DNA of 64,000 nt from the NCBI GenBank assembly GCA_004022145.1, contig RCNU01000001.1; one strand, written 5' to 3'. Source of the stretch: Paecilomyces variotii. Taxonomy: Eukaryota. The notes under the pieces are model-generated. The model was given only the letters and a program-made list of their open reading frames with translations, ran no database searches and was not told where the DNA came from. Both the position numbers and the translations under genes were made by a program. Positions 1-14,291 of this stretch are shown one piece after another. Within the stretch, counting starts at the first letter, position 1. The number at the start of each line of letters is the position of its first letter.

Positions 1-3000
1 ATGATCCTGGATATCTTATCGGCTGATGCCAGACTGTTGGAGGTTTGCCTGGGAGGAACACCGAGAGCAGCTGTGAGGCAGTCCGCTATCAGGGTTACCA
101 GACGTGCTCTTAGGGCGACCTTCTCATCAGAACTGCGCGGCCCAGATGCTATACAGGAGATCGTTACGCGACTCACAACTGCTTCAACTGGGGCGCAGAA
201 AAATGCACCTTTCCTTGGAGTTGTCTCTGGTGTCTCTGCCCGGCTTCCAGACAGAAAAAATGTTATGGAGGGACAAAAGAAGAAGGTTCTAACGTTCTAT
301 GCCAAGGAAATTCTGGGTGCTCGGGCTTTGGTTCCTGCTCACATAGCCAGCGGCCTGTCTGACTTTTTTGCCTCTTTCGTTACATATGAAGACTTGACGT
401 CGGACGTACTTCCGACTCTCGAGAAGGCTATTCTGAGGTCACCAGAAGTAGTACTAGGTGGTCTAGTCCCGCCGCTCTGCTCTTCAATTTCTGAAGAGAT
501 CGACCTTTCCGAGGTTTTCTATTCTCGTCTTCTAAAGCCTCTGCTGTCAAGCCTCAAGTCGACAAACCCGGCAATCAGACAAGGTGCTTCTCTGTCCTTC
601 GCGTCATTTATCTCAAAATGCAAGACGGAGAGTTGGCTGGGCAAGGTCACGAGCGAGATCATCGGCCCACTGAAGACTCAGAAGATTACAAATGCCGATC
701 AGCGTGCGGTCCATGCTGAAGTACTCTCGTCTATTCCATGCTTCATTGACCTGTCCCAGGAGATAGTTCGCGGCCTAGTTCCCGTGTTCTCTCGGGAATC
801 GAACGAGCCGACCTTGGAAAAAGAGATCGGTGCATTCTGCAAACACCTTGAGTTCCTCATTCGCTCCAAGGTCACTATCTCTGACGACGTTATAAGTGCT
901 CTCGTGAAAGGTTCTGCAGATAAGCGAGTGCCCTTCAAAAAGCTTTGGCAGCTTAATGTTGCGGAATTGCTTTGGAATCTCGATGACGGAGTTCTTCTTG
1001 ATTCTCAGAACCAGTCGCTCATTTCTCAATTTGTGGGCAAGCTGAAGGACACCTTCAATGAGACTGTCTCCAATCCTTTACCTGCAGCTCAAAGCGGTTC
1101 TGTAACAGGAGCATATGCATTTGTTGCGCTGTCCGGCAGGAGATCCAGGAACAAGGAAGATGCTGCATCGTCGGACTGGGCAGACATTGTGAAGCAGTCC
1201 ATGACACTGGCCCCGAAACCATCCTTTGTACTCAACCCCAAGGTTTATTCTAAACTAGTGACTCCGGGTGATTTCTCATGGGAGACAAGGGCCCTTGCTG
1301 CTCTTGCAACGGAGCGAGGTTTCATACAAGCAGACCCTGCCGCGAAGAACTCCTGGGCTCAGGCTTTCCTCTACGCTATAACCGGCACCGAAGTGTCCGC
1401 TAAGACTCGAGAGGAAGCGGTTAATGTGTTGTCTGATGTTTACCTGAAGAATCCGGCTGTGATTGGGAATGCAGTGATTGATGCTTTGTGGAGTTGGATT
1501 GCATCTTGCGTCAACGGCGAAAAGGAATCTGCGGCGGTAATGGCAGGACCAAACAGCGTGAACTTCCTTCATCTGGGGGTAAAAGCAATCTGCCCTCGTC
1601 TTTCGGATTGGCAGAAGACGGGAAATGCAGGATGTGAGGCTGCACTGAAAGACCAGCTCATTCAGCTCATTGTTCTTTGCCGCCCAGGACTTGTACCTGG
1701 TTTTTCTTGGATCGACTTGTGCCTACGGGTCGGTATAGATCCTGGAAATTTGGTCCGCGAACATACCAATGAGTTCATGAAGCAATTGACTAGCGTACTT
1801 GAAAACCCGGTCCGGTCAAAGCTGTCTCAAGCGAAGGCTGCTGTCGGAGGTGCCGCCGGAGACCTAGCATTCGTGGCTCCAGACGAAATGGTACCGCTTC
1901 TTGTGGATCAGATTCGAGATGACTTGGATGTTGCGCGTATATCCAAATTCACACCAACTGATGCTGCAATCGCCCGCACCCCAGAGGGGACGACATTCGT
2001 AGATGTGCTCAACTCCAAGGCTAAGCAGCCTCTATCCGACAAGAGTGTCAAGGACTATGACACCCTTAAGTGGGAAGAGGAGTTACGAGCCCAGATTGCT
2101 GAGAAGAAGGGCCAGAAGCAGAAAAAGCTTACTGCAGAAGAGCAGTCTAAGGTTAATGCACAGCTCGCTAAGGAGGCGAAAATACGAGAAGAGGTGCGCT
2201 CTGAAGTTGAAAGAATCGAGAGAGGAGCAACGATCGTCCGAGGCCTTGCGACAAATACACCTACGGATGCGGATGGGTGGATCAACCAAGCTGTCAGTTG
2301 CCTTCTGTCTCTCGCACGTGCAGGTGCAGGTTTGTTCGTCGGAGACGTTGTCTCGCGAGCGTATCTCTCTTGTTCAGAAAAAGTATCACCGCGCCTAGGC
2401 AACATCAGACCTTTTGTCGGTGTTGCCACCCTCCGAGCTCAAGGTAGCACTTACCTCCCCTCTGATATGGAGGTGGAACCCCTTGGGGAACTGGTCACAA
2501 GAATCCTTTACCGGCTGCGCTTTGCCTCAGAGCAACGACCCTTTGACACTTCATCACTGGCCTATGTGCTGCCGCTAGTCCTCACCGTTCTTAGCAATAA
2601 CGGAATCGAAGAGAAGAAAGGAGAGGAGGAAGGAGAACAGGTGCTATTGGCCCTGGAGTTTGTTTCATTCCACTGCAGCTCATTCTCAGATACCCGCCTC
2701 CCTCGGGCAGAGGTCTTGCGACACCTTATATCCTCCATGCAGAAGTATTCTCAGCATTATAAGCTGATCAAAGATGCTTTGTTTGACTTCTGCCGGTCCA
2801 TATCGCCAAGTATCAGCAGGGAGGAACTGGATACACTTCTCCAAGGCACAATACTGCCAGGCGTATCTGTCAGAACTGCTTTGCTTCAGGTCATTGCGGA
2901 TGAAATTGACCTTACCGATCTCGACTTCTCCGAGCATATTTGGCTGAGCTACCATGACCACGTGGAGCAGAACGCGGAACTCGCTGAAAGGATATGGGAA

Positions 3001-6000
3001 GAAAACGCGCTGGAGGTCGACGAGAATTCATATATTGCAATTATGAAGTATCTCGGGTCCAAGGATTCACAGCTACGAGGGACTGCGGCTCGTGCCCTGG
3101 CCCATGCGATTGACTTGAATCAGTCTGTGTTCGAAAATGTCCTGTTCGACCTACAGTCAAGATACGAAGATGAGATCAAGCCTAAAGCGCCTGCGAAGGA
3201 TAAGTATGGAATGCCGCTGAAGGCGGAAGTTTCGGATAACTGGGAGATTAGGAGCGGCATTGCTCTCGCTTTCAAGGCCATGACAAAAGGATTCCAAGGC
3301 GATCAGATAGTGTCATTTTTCAAGTTCCTCATCGAGAAAGGGCCCTTGGCTGATAAAAACCCTGTGGTCAGAGCGCAGATGGCGGACAGTGGGAGAACCG
3401 TTATTGCACTTCGAGGTCAGGAGAAGGTTGAGGAGCTAATGACTCTCTTTGAGACAACACTGGAGACTTCGGATAAAGCAACCGAGAGCTCGGACTGGCT
3501 CAACGAGGCTGTGGTTGTCCTTTATGGATCCCTCGCTAGACATTTGAAGGCGCAGGATCCGCGACTGGAGAAGGTCATCAGGAAGCTCTTGGCTACTCTT
3601 CCGACACCCTCTGAGAGCGTGCAGTCTGCGGTGGCGGACTGTCTACCTCCACTGGTGAGACTTGCTGGAGATGCTGTTTCAAGTTACGTCGAAGAGTTGC
3701 TCGAGCAACTTCTTCGGTCAAAGCAGTATGCCTCTCGCCGTGGTGCTGCGTACGGTCTGGCTGGAATAGTTCGTGGAAGAGGAATTGCGGCATTGCGAGA
3801 GTATCGGATCATGTCTCTCCTCAGAGCAGCCACTGAGGACAAGAAAGACCCAAACCAAAGGCAGGGCGCGTTGCTTGCATATGAGCTCTTTTCTACGGTC
3901 CTTGGAAGGACATTTGAGCCATACATCATTCAAATTGTGCCTCAACTTCTGGCAAGCTTTGGAGATCCCAACATCGATGTCCGCGATGCCTGTCTTGATG
4001 CCGCGAAATCTTGCTTCTCGAACCTCAGTTCTTATGGCGTGAAGCAAATCCTGCCGACACTCCTCGAAGGTCTCGATGAAACACAATGGCGTAGTAAGAA
4101 AGGCGCTTGTGATCTTCTCGGTGCCATGGCATACCTTGACCCGCAGCAACTTGCGGCGAGTCTTCCGGACATTATCCCTCCTCTGACGGAGGTTCTTAAC
4201 GACAGCCATAAAGAAGTTCGCAATGCGGCAAACAGAAGTCTGCAGCGCTTTGGAGAAGTCATCAGTAACCCGGAAGTGAAGAGTCTGGTCGGTGTGCTTT
4301 TGAAGGCACTCAGTGACCCGACGAAGTATGCCGATGAGGCTTTGGATGCGTTGATCAAAGTATCCTTCGTGCATTATCTCGACGCTCCTTCGTTGGCGCT
4401 TGTTGTTCGTATCCTCGAGAGAGGCCTTGGAGATAGATCCGGAACCAAGCGCAAATCCGCTCAAATCATTGGTAGCCTGGCCCATCTCACGGAGCGTCGT
4501 GACCTCATATCGCATCTCCCTATCCTGGTTGCTGGACTACGGCTTGCCGTTGTCGACCCCGTTCCTACTACCCGTGCCACTGCGTCCAAGGCTCTTGGTT
4601 CTCTCATCGAGAAACTGGGAGAAGACGCGCTTCCAGACCTCATTCCGAGTCTCATGTCGACTCTCAAGTCGGACACTGGCGCTGGAGACAGGTTGGGATC
4701 TGCACAGGCTCTTTCTGAAGTTCTTGCAGGACTGGGGACAACCAGACTGGAGGAGACATTGCCCACTATCTTGCAAAATGTGTCCAGCTCGAAGCCGTCT
4801 GTCCGCGAAGGCTTCATGTCTCTCTTTATTTTCCTTCCTGCTTGCTTCGGTAACAGCTTTGCTCCTTATCTCAACAGAATCATTCCGCCAATTCTATCAG
4901 GTCTGGCAGATGACATTGAGGCAATTCGAGAAATCGCTCTGCGTGCGGGTCGCCTGTTGGTCAAGAACTTTGCATCCAAGGCTGTCGATCTCTTGCTTCC
5001 TGAGCTCGAGCGCGGTCTGGCAGATGATAGCTACCGTATTAGGTTGAGCTCAGTCGAGCTGGTCGGAGATCTGTTATTCAGTATTAGCGGTGTCACCAAC
5101 AGACAGGATGCAGAAGAAGAGGAAGAAGGAGCAGCACAGGCAGGACAGTCACTACTGGAAGCCCTCGGAGAAGAGAAACGAAACAGAGTCTTATCCTCTC
5201 TGTACATCTGTCGTTGCGATACCTCTGGCTTGGTCAGAAGTGCTGCGATCATTGTTTGGAAGGCGCTTGTCGCTTCTCCTCGCACGCTCAAGGATTTGGT
5301 TCCTACTTTGACGCAGCTGATCATTCGCCGTCTTGGATCATCCAACATGGAACAGAAGGTCATTGCTGGCAATGCACTTGGAGACCTTATCAAGAAGGCT
5401 GGTGAAGGCGTCCTTGCAACCTTGCTGCCATCTCTCGAAGAGGGCCTTCAGTCGTCGCTCGATGTTGACGCCAGGCAAGGTATATGTCTTGCTTTGCGAG
5501 AACTCATTACGTCTGCATCAGATGAGGCTCTTGAGGATTACGACAAGAGCCTCATATCTATTGTGCGGACTGCTCTCGTCGACAACAGTGAAGATGTGCG
5601 TGAGGCTGCAGCTGAAGCATTCGATGCACTGCAGCAGAGTTTGGGCAAGAAGGTGGTTGATCAGGTTCTGCCTCATCTCCTCATGCTTCTGCGTAACGAT
5701 GAGGATGCCGAACAAGCTCTGTCGGCCCTTCTTACCCTTCTCACGGAGACTACCCGTGCAAATATCATTCTCCCTAACCTCATCCCGACACTGCTCACTC
5801 CACCAATTTCCGCTTTTAACGCCAGGGCTCTTGCGTCGTTGGCAGAAGTAGCAGGGCCAGCCATGACTCGCAGGCTCCCGACGATCCTGAACTCTCTGAT
5901 GGACGGTATCATAGAAACCAAGGACGATGAGCTCAAAGGCGAACTCACCAAATCATTCGACACAGTCTTAGTTTCCGTTGACGAGTTCGATGGTCTCAGC

Positions 6001-7915
6001 GTTACGATGAACGTCATGATTTCTCTCATGAAACATGATGATCATCGTCGACGCGCCAATGCTGCTAATCGCCTAGCCACTTTCTTCCAGGAAGCTGGGA
6101 TCGACTTCTCTAGATATTACCAGGATCTGATCCGTGTTCTGCTTATATCATTCGATGACAGAGACAAGGACGTCGTTAAGGCTGCTTGGACTGGCTTGAC
6201 ACAGTTGACTTCACATATGCGCAAGGAAGAGATGGAGCTTTTGGTTATTCCTGCACGCCAAGTGCTCCGACAAGTTGGAGTTCCAGGAGCGGACCTGCCT
6301 GGCTTCAGTCTGCCAAAGGGTATCAGCGCAATTTTCCCGATCTTCCTCCAGGGTCTTCTGAACGGCAGCGTGGAGCAACGCACGCAGGCTGCACTGGCTT
6401 TCGCCGACATCATCGATCGTACAGCAGCAGATGCCTTGAAGCCTTTCGTGACACAGATAACTGGTCCGCTCATCAGAGTCGTCTCCGAACGTTCTGTTGA
6501 GATCAAGTGTAAGTTCATTTACGACTGGAAGGCTCCAATAGCACTAACGAGGTCTCAACAGGTGCCGTCTTCTACACCCTCAACAAATTACTGGAAAAAA
6601 TTCCCCTTGCTGTCAAGCCTTTCCTGCCGCAACTGCAGAGAACGTTTGCTAGGGGTCTAGCGGATCCGTCGAGTGAGACTCTGCGTAACAGAGCCGCCAA
6701 GGGACTTGGTATTCTGATTACTCTGACTCCCAGAGTCGACCCACTTGTTGCAGGTGAGTCCACACAGCATAAGCATAGTCTTTGTTATTTTGCTTGGACC
6801 ATCGGGTTAACCATATCTACAGAACTTATTACCGGCTCGAAAACTCCCGATCCCGGTGTCAGAAATGCGATGATGAAAGCGCTCCAAGAAGTGGTGGGCA
6901 AGGCTGGGTCTAGCATGAGCGAGGCCTCAAGAAATGCTGTTCTCGCCTTGATTGACGATGAGACCAGTGATTCAACAGGTACTACCCCCGCGACGCTATC
7001 TCATATAGAATACTTACAGTGTACAGATGCCATGGCAATAACCAACGCGCGCCTGCTTGGTGCGCTCGTCAAGAACCTCCCGACTACAGCTGCCTTGCCA
7101 CTAATCAAGTATGATTCCATCCTTCTGGTAGATGACAATGCACGCATACTAACGGGAGTTCTCAGGAACCGTGTCCTGTCCACTCATTTCACCCATGCGT
7201 CTGTCCTTGGATTGAATGCCGTATTGGTCGAATCGCCTTCGTTGCTGCCCGAGAACTTCCCCGCGGAGACGCCGTCTATCATATGCCAAGGCATAGCTCA
7301 TAAAGATGTAAGTGGTAGTTTCTGTTAGTGACGCGATATACGCTAACGTTCCGATAGACATTCATATCCGATAATAGCGTCCTGGCTGCTGGAAAGTATC
7401 TCCTTACGGAACATGCCAACAGATCGTTTGAGACAAATAAGGCGATATTTGAAGCGCTGGCCCCCGTGATACAGCCGGGTGCCCCGTCAGATACCCGCCG
7501 CCTAGCTCTCGTGGTGATCCGTACAGTTAGTCGTCTACACCCGGAGCTTACCAGGCCTCATTTGCCTCTGCTTGCGCCTCCGATCTTTGCAAGTGTCCGC
7601 GATGTCGTCATTCCAGTCAAGCTCGCAGCAGAGGCTGCTTTCTTGGCCTTATTCTCTGTCGTGGATCAGGAAGGTGCCGTCTTTGAAAAATACATGGCCG
7701 GGCCAGGCTCCGAACTTCCTCCTGGACCGAAACGGAGCATGTCCGATTACTTCAAGCGCATTGCCTTGCGTCTTGCTACCCAGGCAAGAGAGCGGAGGGA
7801 AGCAGAGGGAGGCCAGGGAGGTCTGGGCCTTTCAAACGACGAACTTGAGGATGAGAAGGAAGTGTGGAGTATTGGGAAGGTGGACCTTGGAGAGGACTCT
7901 TTTGGTGATGAGTGA
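1..7915 (+). CDS. GCN1: Translational activator GCN1 (eIF2alpha kinase GCN2 activator, HEAT-repeat protein); 5' end probably upstream of the window
   Basis: The long ORF has Gcn1/eEF3-like HEAT segments (QWRSKKGACDLLGAMAYLDPQQL, VHYLDAPSLALVVRILERGL, LKPFVTQITGPLIRVVSER). Inferred introns: 6509-6561, 6754-6822, 6979-7026, 7109-7165, 7308-7357, all GT..AG and restoring one frame to TGA at 7913-7915. The ORF is open from base 1. Confidence 0.95.
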
Positions 7916-8279
7916 TTGATTCCCCTTGACTCTCAGGTCGACGAGTTCCACAAAAGAATGTATTTAGATATTCCGGTAAATATTATATGTGATATGATCC
8001 CATGATATCTTCCCACGTATTAACCCGTGACTCATTTCGTGATACTGTTCCTTCAAGATCGTCTTTTCCCCCTTTTCTCTGGGCTGGGAATAGTTCTGAA
8101 CGTAACTTCCAGCAGAAGTTAATGATATGTTATTGCCATCGAGGGCGGGATGATTTCGAGCTCAGGTATATCATCTATAATTAGTAACTTGAATCTATGT
8201 CTAGATTAACATGTCATCCACTTCTGAATGATCTAAATCTATTCCTGACTACCGCACGAGATGATCCCTACGTAGCGTA

Positions 8280-8293
8280 GCATCACGTGATGC
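8280..8293. promoter_or_regulatory. Perfect 14-bp palindrome GCATCACGTGATGC containing a TCACGTGA bHLH (Cbf1-type) E-box, upstream of RPL19
   Basis: The palindrome is seen directly, ~410 bp upstream of the RPL19 start. Cbf1 sites are known in fungal ribosomal-protein promoters. Function is inferred. Confidence 0.45.
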
Positions 8294-8563
8294 AATTAAG
8301 TAAGCGGATCCAGAGACCCGCTGAGTGGTCCATTGAGGGGTATTTTTTCAGTACAATTGCAGAAGATAGGTATACAAGCAAGATTGTTTCATCATGGAGC
8401 GCAGGGGATCAAGTAATTAGAACGACTAGGATAACTGAGCGTATAATTGATGTTTCACCGTGATCAATAATAATAATCACTACCATAACTAAGCGCTGTT
8501 ATTTGTTCTTGTCGAGATTCTCTTAAAGAGAGGGCCTAGCGCCGGGCGGAAAAGAGGGGGCAC

Positions 8564-8572
8564 AAACCCTAA
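8564..8572 (+). promoter_or_regulatory. AAACCCTAA telobox/Tbf1-like site in the RPL19 promoter
   Basis: The motif lies ~135 bp upstream of the start codon. Tbf1 regulates ribosomal-protein genes in Candida albicans. Function here is inferred. Confidence 0.35.
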
Positions 8573-8705
8573 TGTGGATTTTCTCGCTTAGGAGCACATC
8601 GCTTAGCTAATCAGCACCCTATCTCAAACTCCTCACTGAAATCACTCCCGTCGACGAGTGACAAGAACATCATCCGACAACGACCGTCGATACGCCGACA
8701 TCAAG

Positions 8706-9719
8706 ATGTGAGTCCATCTACGATTTCCAGGTCAAGATATGGTTCATGCAGGAGTTTTTCGACGCTGGGTTTTAAATTCTCTATCCAAGCCGCTGCGAAG
8801 CTCTCTGTGCCACGTTCCATGATCTTGCACCTCCGCCTCTCGTCATCCGTCTCGCATAAAAACTGACCAGGTCTTCTTTCTCTGAATAGGGTCAACCTTC
8901 GCACCCAGAAGCGCCTCGCGGCCTCCGTGGTCGGCTGTGGCAAGCGCAAGATCTGGCTTGACCCCAACGAGGTCAACGAGATCTCCAATGCCAACTCCCG
9001 TCAGACCATCCGCAAGCTCGTCAGCGATGGCCTCATCATCCGCAAGCCGGTCACCATGCACTCGCGCGCCCGTGCCCGTGAGCTGAACGCCGCTCGTCGT
9101 ATCGGCAGACACCGTGGTCTCGGTAAGAGAAAGGGTACCAAGGATGCCCGTATGCCCAGGTACGTTTGGACTCTGTGGAAAGATGGATTCGGGGATTATC
9201 ACGATTTCATCGGTGGGATATCAATCGTTTACCCTGGGACTTGTGCTAATGCGTCTGTTCTTACAGCCAAGTCCTGTGGATGCGCCGCATGCGTGTTCTT
9301 CGTCGTCTCCTGGTCAAGTACCGTGCCTCCGGCAAGATCGACAAGCACCTCTACCACGAGCTCTACCACCTGAGCAAGGGTAACACCTTCAAGCACAAGC
9401 GTGCTCTGATCGAGCACGTAAGTTTTTTCCCCATATTCTCCATCTACCCTGTTTATGGCTGTACCGTGAACAACCGATCTCCTCTTATGAGAAACGCCCT
9501 GGATCGATAGCAGACAGAGCTCGGTTTTTTTGAACAAATAGACTAACAATTCTTCCCATGTAGATCCACAAGGCCAAGGCCGAGAAGGCCCGTGAGCGTG
9601 TCCTCAAGGAGGAGATGGATGCTAAGCGTGCCAAGACCCGTGCCGCCCGTGAGCGACGACAGGAGCGTATCTCCGCCAAGCGTAACGCTCTGGTCGAGGA
9701 GGAGGAGGCTCAGGAGTAA
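8706..9719 (+). CDS. RPL19: 60S ribosomal protein L19 (eL19)
   Basis: Exons 8706-8707, 8890-9159, 9267-9417 and 9564-9719 give [44 protein letters not shown]...[71 protein letters not shown]. Introns are canonical and codon bias is strongly C-ending. Confidence 0.98.
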
Positions 9720-10716
9720 TTTTCTTTTCACGCTTTCTGATGGTGCGGAGGTCGTGTTGGGAAATATCAGTCCAGAGGTCAAGGTCGACGGTCTGACTGC
9801 TTGGGATGGATATCCGGAGTCGGGAATTTGGGTCAGGATCAAAAAAAGGAACCATTCTTCTTCCTTGAAGGAAAGAACTCGGACATTGTCTGGCCATTTG
9901 TGTGATATGAAACTCGGATTTCGTTACATTGCCTGTTTCAACCCATCCAACGAAACCGGATTTCCATCCATTTCCCTCCCACGGAAGGGAGCTCCTATGT
10001 TCCTAGATTCGTTAAAATCTAAATGTCGTAACGTTCACAGCATACTGGACCGCGATTGTTCGTGTTTAGGCAAAATGACATGCTTATATCTTCAATCGTA
10101 TCGCAGCTCCCAATAGCAGTCAACCTGGAGAGGTATATTATTTGCTGTTCAAGGTGTGATCTATCCAGTTCTAAGAAGACTATCTACCGACTACCGTTCA
10201 ACTGTCTGAGAGCCTTCATCCCAAGAATATATATTTGTTTGCAATTGGGAGCTCGATCAGTTTCAGCTATGCTCTCTGTCTACTTAGACCATGCAACTAA
10301 TTATTATCTCCCTGTTACCACATGCCACTAGAAACTAGTATATTATAAAGAAACCGCGTAACTCGTATGTACATCCCTATGCTAGTCCGAGCACCATCTT
10401 GAGATTGAACAATCCGAAATAGGTGAACCCCAGCTTCGAACTCAGCCATTAGTGAACTCCCTTTCCCCCAACATTGGCTAGCCCATATTATCACAAATTA
10501 AGTCGAAGTGTAAACGGCACAATAAGTCTTACTATGTCGCATCTGAGAGATGGCTGGCGACCCTTTTTGGGTCCAGAACTGTGAGAAGTTGAAAAGAGTC
10601 CATAATCCGTCGCGCAAAGAATATTGTTCATTCATATCGCTGGACACATAACGCATCTGATTGGAAATAGTCCCCCAGGCGCGACACCGATATGGGGTAT
10701 ATGGTATTAATGATGG

Positions 10717-12033
10717 TCATTTGTTTCGGTCGTTGTTTCTCGGTGAGTATATCGTAGAATCCGATTTGCTACTGAACGTCTGATCGAACTGAGTATCGGC
10801 TCCAAAGATTCTGAAAAACTTATATGTTGTTATAGATGGTTCTTCCAAGTCAAATGGATCGCTGCGTGTACTAGTCGTTGAACTTCGCGTCGACGTCCTT
10901 TCGCGATCTGGTCTCCATTGTCCAGGGCCAGCAGATGTAGGCTGATAGCTAAAGGTACATTCGCTAGGACTCAAACTGCCGCGTCCGGGAAGGACGATAA
11001 TACTGCTGCTGTTGCTTTGCTCCCTACTGTGAGATTCGTCTTTATTGGAGCGATTCTTCCTTTCTCGACTCGTGCTTGATCTCAGTGTGTGTAGACTTGA
11101 AGTTGAACGAGAGAGCGAGCGTCTAACTTGCAACAAGCGGTTCTCAGGCCCAGCCGGTGGTGATGGGTCAGCAAACTGGTCCTTCATTATTGCTATACTG
11201 TTTTCCATACCACCGTCGTCTTGTATCAGCGCCGCATCAGAGGATTGGCTTCGAACCTCAGTCGAATCCATGGGGCCGAAGCGACCCTCAGATTGAGATC
11301 GGTCCGGCAGCACTCTCGAGGACCGGCCCGCAGCGATGTTGGCCACGGCTCTTGGTAGCTGTTCCAACTGTGCTAAAGAGTCTCGGATGTGTATAGTACT
11401 CTCTAGTTTACTTTCCTGGAATGGTGAGCCTCCAGGGCTCGATATCTGTGTGGACCTCCCCCTGTCGAGTTGCGGTTTCTCCGTTGCATAGTAATCCGTA
11501 GCATCACCTGTCATTCGATTTCGTCGACATCGTATCAGTTTCCAGGCCAGCAGAGCGAGGATTATTAGCACAAAGGCACCGAGTGAAGTAATTATGGCAA
11601 TACGAAGAGTATTCTGGCCGGTACTATTGCTTGCTGGGGGATCTTTCGCGGATATTCCGGCCGGAGTCGTAGAGGTACCGCTTGATGGCGGGGCCCCGGG
11701 GACCTTGCTTGTCACTGATTTCATCAGGTTCGGATCCTTGGGACGTGCATTCGGGCAATTTTTCTTCTTCTTTTTTGCTTGGCAGCAAGGACTGAACTAA
11801 CCTTTAGTTTCTGCAGCGTCCGTGGCAGCCGTTGAAGTGATGCTAGGTCGCGGTACTGGATCAGATGCAGTGGAGACTTGCGTTCTTCCAGCAGATGAAG
11901 TGATAGTTGCTTGATCTGTAGCTGTTGTTTCAACAGATGTCGATGTTGCCGTTGCTATTGCCTGTGATGGAGCTGCTGTACGTCGCACTTTTGTGCACCT
12001 GAGGCCGCTGAACGTAACTATTGAATTCGACAT
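10717..12033 (-). CDS. Uncharacterised single-pass membrane protein (Ser/Thr-rich N-terminus, one TM helix, Ser-rich tail; Mid2-like architecture)
   Basis: ATG at 12033 (MSNSIVTFSGLRCTKVRR). Intron 11715-11801 (GTTAGT..CCTGAT..CAG) joins in frame to the 335-aa ORF. Hydrophobic IAIITSLGAFVLIILALLAW is followed by basic KLIRCRRNR. No clear signal peptide. Confidence 0.7.
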
Positions 12034-14291
12034 GGCGCTGAGAGCACAAAAGAAATCAGGATATACACATGTAGCGGTCAGAAACAAAGATCTTGAACCT
12101 CTGAGTATAGTTGGTTCAAGGTAAGATGCTCATCAACGGCGTGTGGTTCACAAGTCAGCGGGTAACAGGCGGTTAAGCAGATAGTGTGAGCACGGTCGTT
12201 GATTACAAAAGAATAGAATCATTTTAGTGACCTGACTAAAAGGTAAGAGATCAAAAGAAATTGTCAGAAGTATCGTTTGACAGAGACAGAGTTTCCTGAT
12301 AGGGAGTTACTAGAAGCAGCATAAGCCGGTTTGGGAATCAGCGAGTCGTATGGTTTCAGACCGCAATGGTGAAGCAGGATCGGAACCAAGCCACTAGCAA
12401 GGACCGAAAAGTAGTTAATTTATCCTTTCGAGAATGACGAACGGTCAGAACAGGGGGCCAATTCGATCAGCGCCACTGCATAATTAGAAATCATCTGTTT
12501 GAGCGGAAGGCAATCTCCCGAAACTGATTTCAACTTGCGCATGATCGAGCTTGTTCGAAGCGTTCTGAGCAGCGGCGATGTCCTCGACTGTGGGTGTGAG
12601 AAGAATGACAGATACAGATAGGCGAGGTCCATCGAGCTGTGGCTCCAGGAAGCCTCCGTTTCGTTGAAGTCATTATCTGATTCTGGAGAGAAGTTAGAAG
12701 ATGGCTGGGCGTTTGCCATCCTTCGACCACGGATTAATGAGGGCACGCAGCTGGAATACGAACGCATGAACAGCTCAGCGGGCCGTGAGACCGATCGACC
12801 CAGGGTCTACAGGCCCGCATAGTGGATATCAATGAGGGACGAACAGTTCAGGAGACAGATGGTTTCAGAGTTGTTGCTCCGAGATCCAAAACCTATACAT
12901 TTACAGAGCTCCCAGGATGGTTAGGCGCGGTCATGCGGATGCTGACTCATGTCAATGCTTCCCGTGTAAAGATCCACGGTTCATCTCATGATTCTCATCT
13001 CATTCCATCGTTATTATTATTGATATCGAGCAGTGATGAATGTTTGGAGATAAGCCTGGTGGTCTTTTGACCTTCCTACGAACATGTGAGCGGAATGAAG
13101 CGGTCCTCCAGGGATGACCTGGCAAAAGGGAATAACAATGCATCTCCAAGAAACATTTCGCCAGAATCCCTGTCGGCGGTAGGCTTCTTGTTTGTCGGTC
13201 TGTTGCGGTACAGCGTTGGTCTCCACCGCGCGATGGCCCTTAGTAGCAAGTTAGTGAAGTAATTACTGACTTAGCCGCAGCGCAAGACGCCCGGATCGCC
13301 CATATCAGCAAGTCCAACTGGCGGTGCTGCCCCCCAAAGAACTGGATCGATGTGTTTCCTGCCAAGCAGGTCGACCGTTGCGGACAGCTTGGATAGCTAT
13401 CGAATCTCCTAAGCAGTCCATCCATCTGCAGCTAATTTGTGGCTCAAGACTTGCCCAACGCCCGCTAAGAACGTCAACAACTGCCAGCAAAAAGACACAT
13501 TCGCGAGCTCGTCCTTCTTCCCTGTGTGCTTGTCCAACGTGGTGAGTCTGGTTGACGGGCCGAAACTCTCCTCGAGACTCTGCGAATGTGGTCCTCCACG
13601 GTCAATCACCTCACTATCGTCTTTTTCTGAGCGCGCAGCCGTGTTAGTTCTCTTGTGCCTCGCGCTGCCCACCGGTTCAGAAAGTGCGGGGTGGAGCATG
13701 TGTGTCGGTCAGGAGTTCCTCACCGTGTCCCCCACGCCTTAACATCCAAGAATATATTATATCCTCCATCATGTTCAGTTGGGGTAATGCTCTAGGTAAG
13801 CAGTCATCTGTGGTCAACTGCCCCTATAATGTCTTTTGCCCTCATGGCGGGATCCAGGTTCCTGCATAGATGACGGTCGCATGCCATTTCAACGTCATGT
13901 CATCGCCTGAAGGGAGACATCTAGTACCAGACTCCACATCATAAGAGGATAACTTTGCGTGCAAACTATCTACGCCGTCAAGTGTCTCTCTGAGTTTGAT
14001 ATATTCTGCCGAGACTGGGGCGCTTTGTCCCGTATCTCCCGTTGAGTCAATCTCTACAATATCCTGTTATTCCATTATTACGATTAGCACTATTCATTGA
14101 TGTTTCTGTTCTTCAATTGTCGTCGACATTGATTGTATGACGGCCAACTCGATGTAAAAGGCGGAAGTGACTGTCAGACCCATATGAAGGCACATTTGCC
14201 GGCACATGAGTCGTCAAGCTCTCTCTGTCTTCCATAATGTTATGTCCATGCAACTGTAAATTGGAGCCCATGCTGATACAGCCATGTAGCT

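Noticed and set aside
3718..6518. Many 100-265 aa alternative-frame and antisense ORFs inside GCN1
   Set aside because: They are codon-bias shadows with no recognisable domains.
8708..9563. Intronic snoRNA in RPL19 introns
   Set aside because: No convincing C/D box pair or H/ACA arrangement is visible.
12420..13869. Short overlapping ORFs between two divergent genes
   Set aside because: No coherent gene model or domain; likely promoter/UTR sequence.
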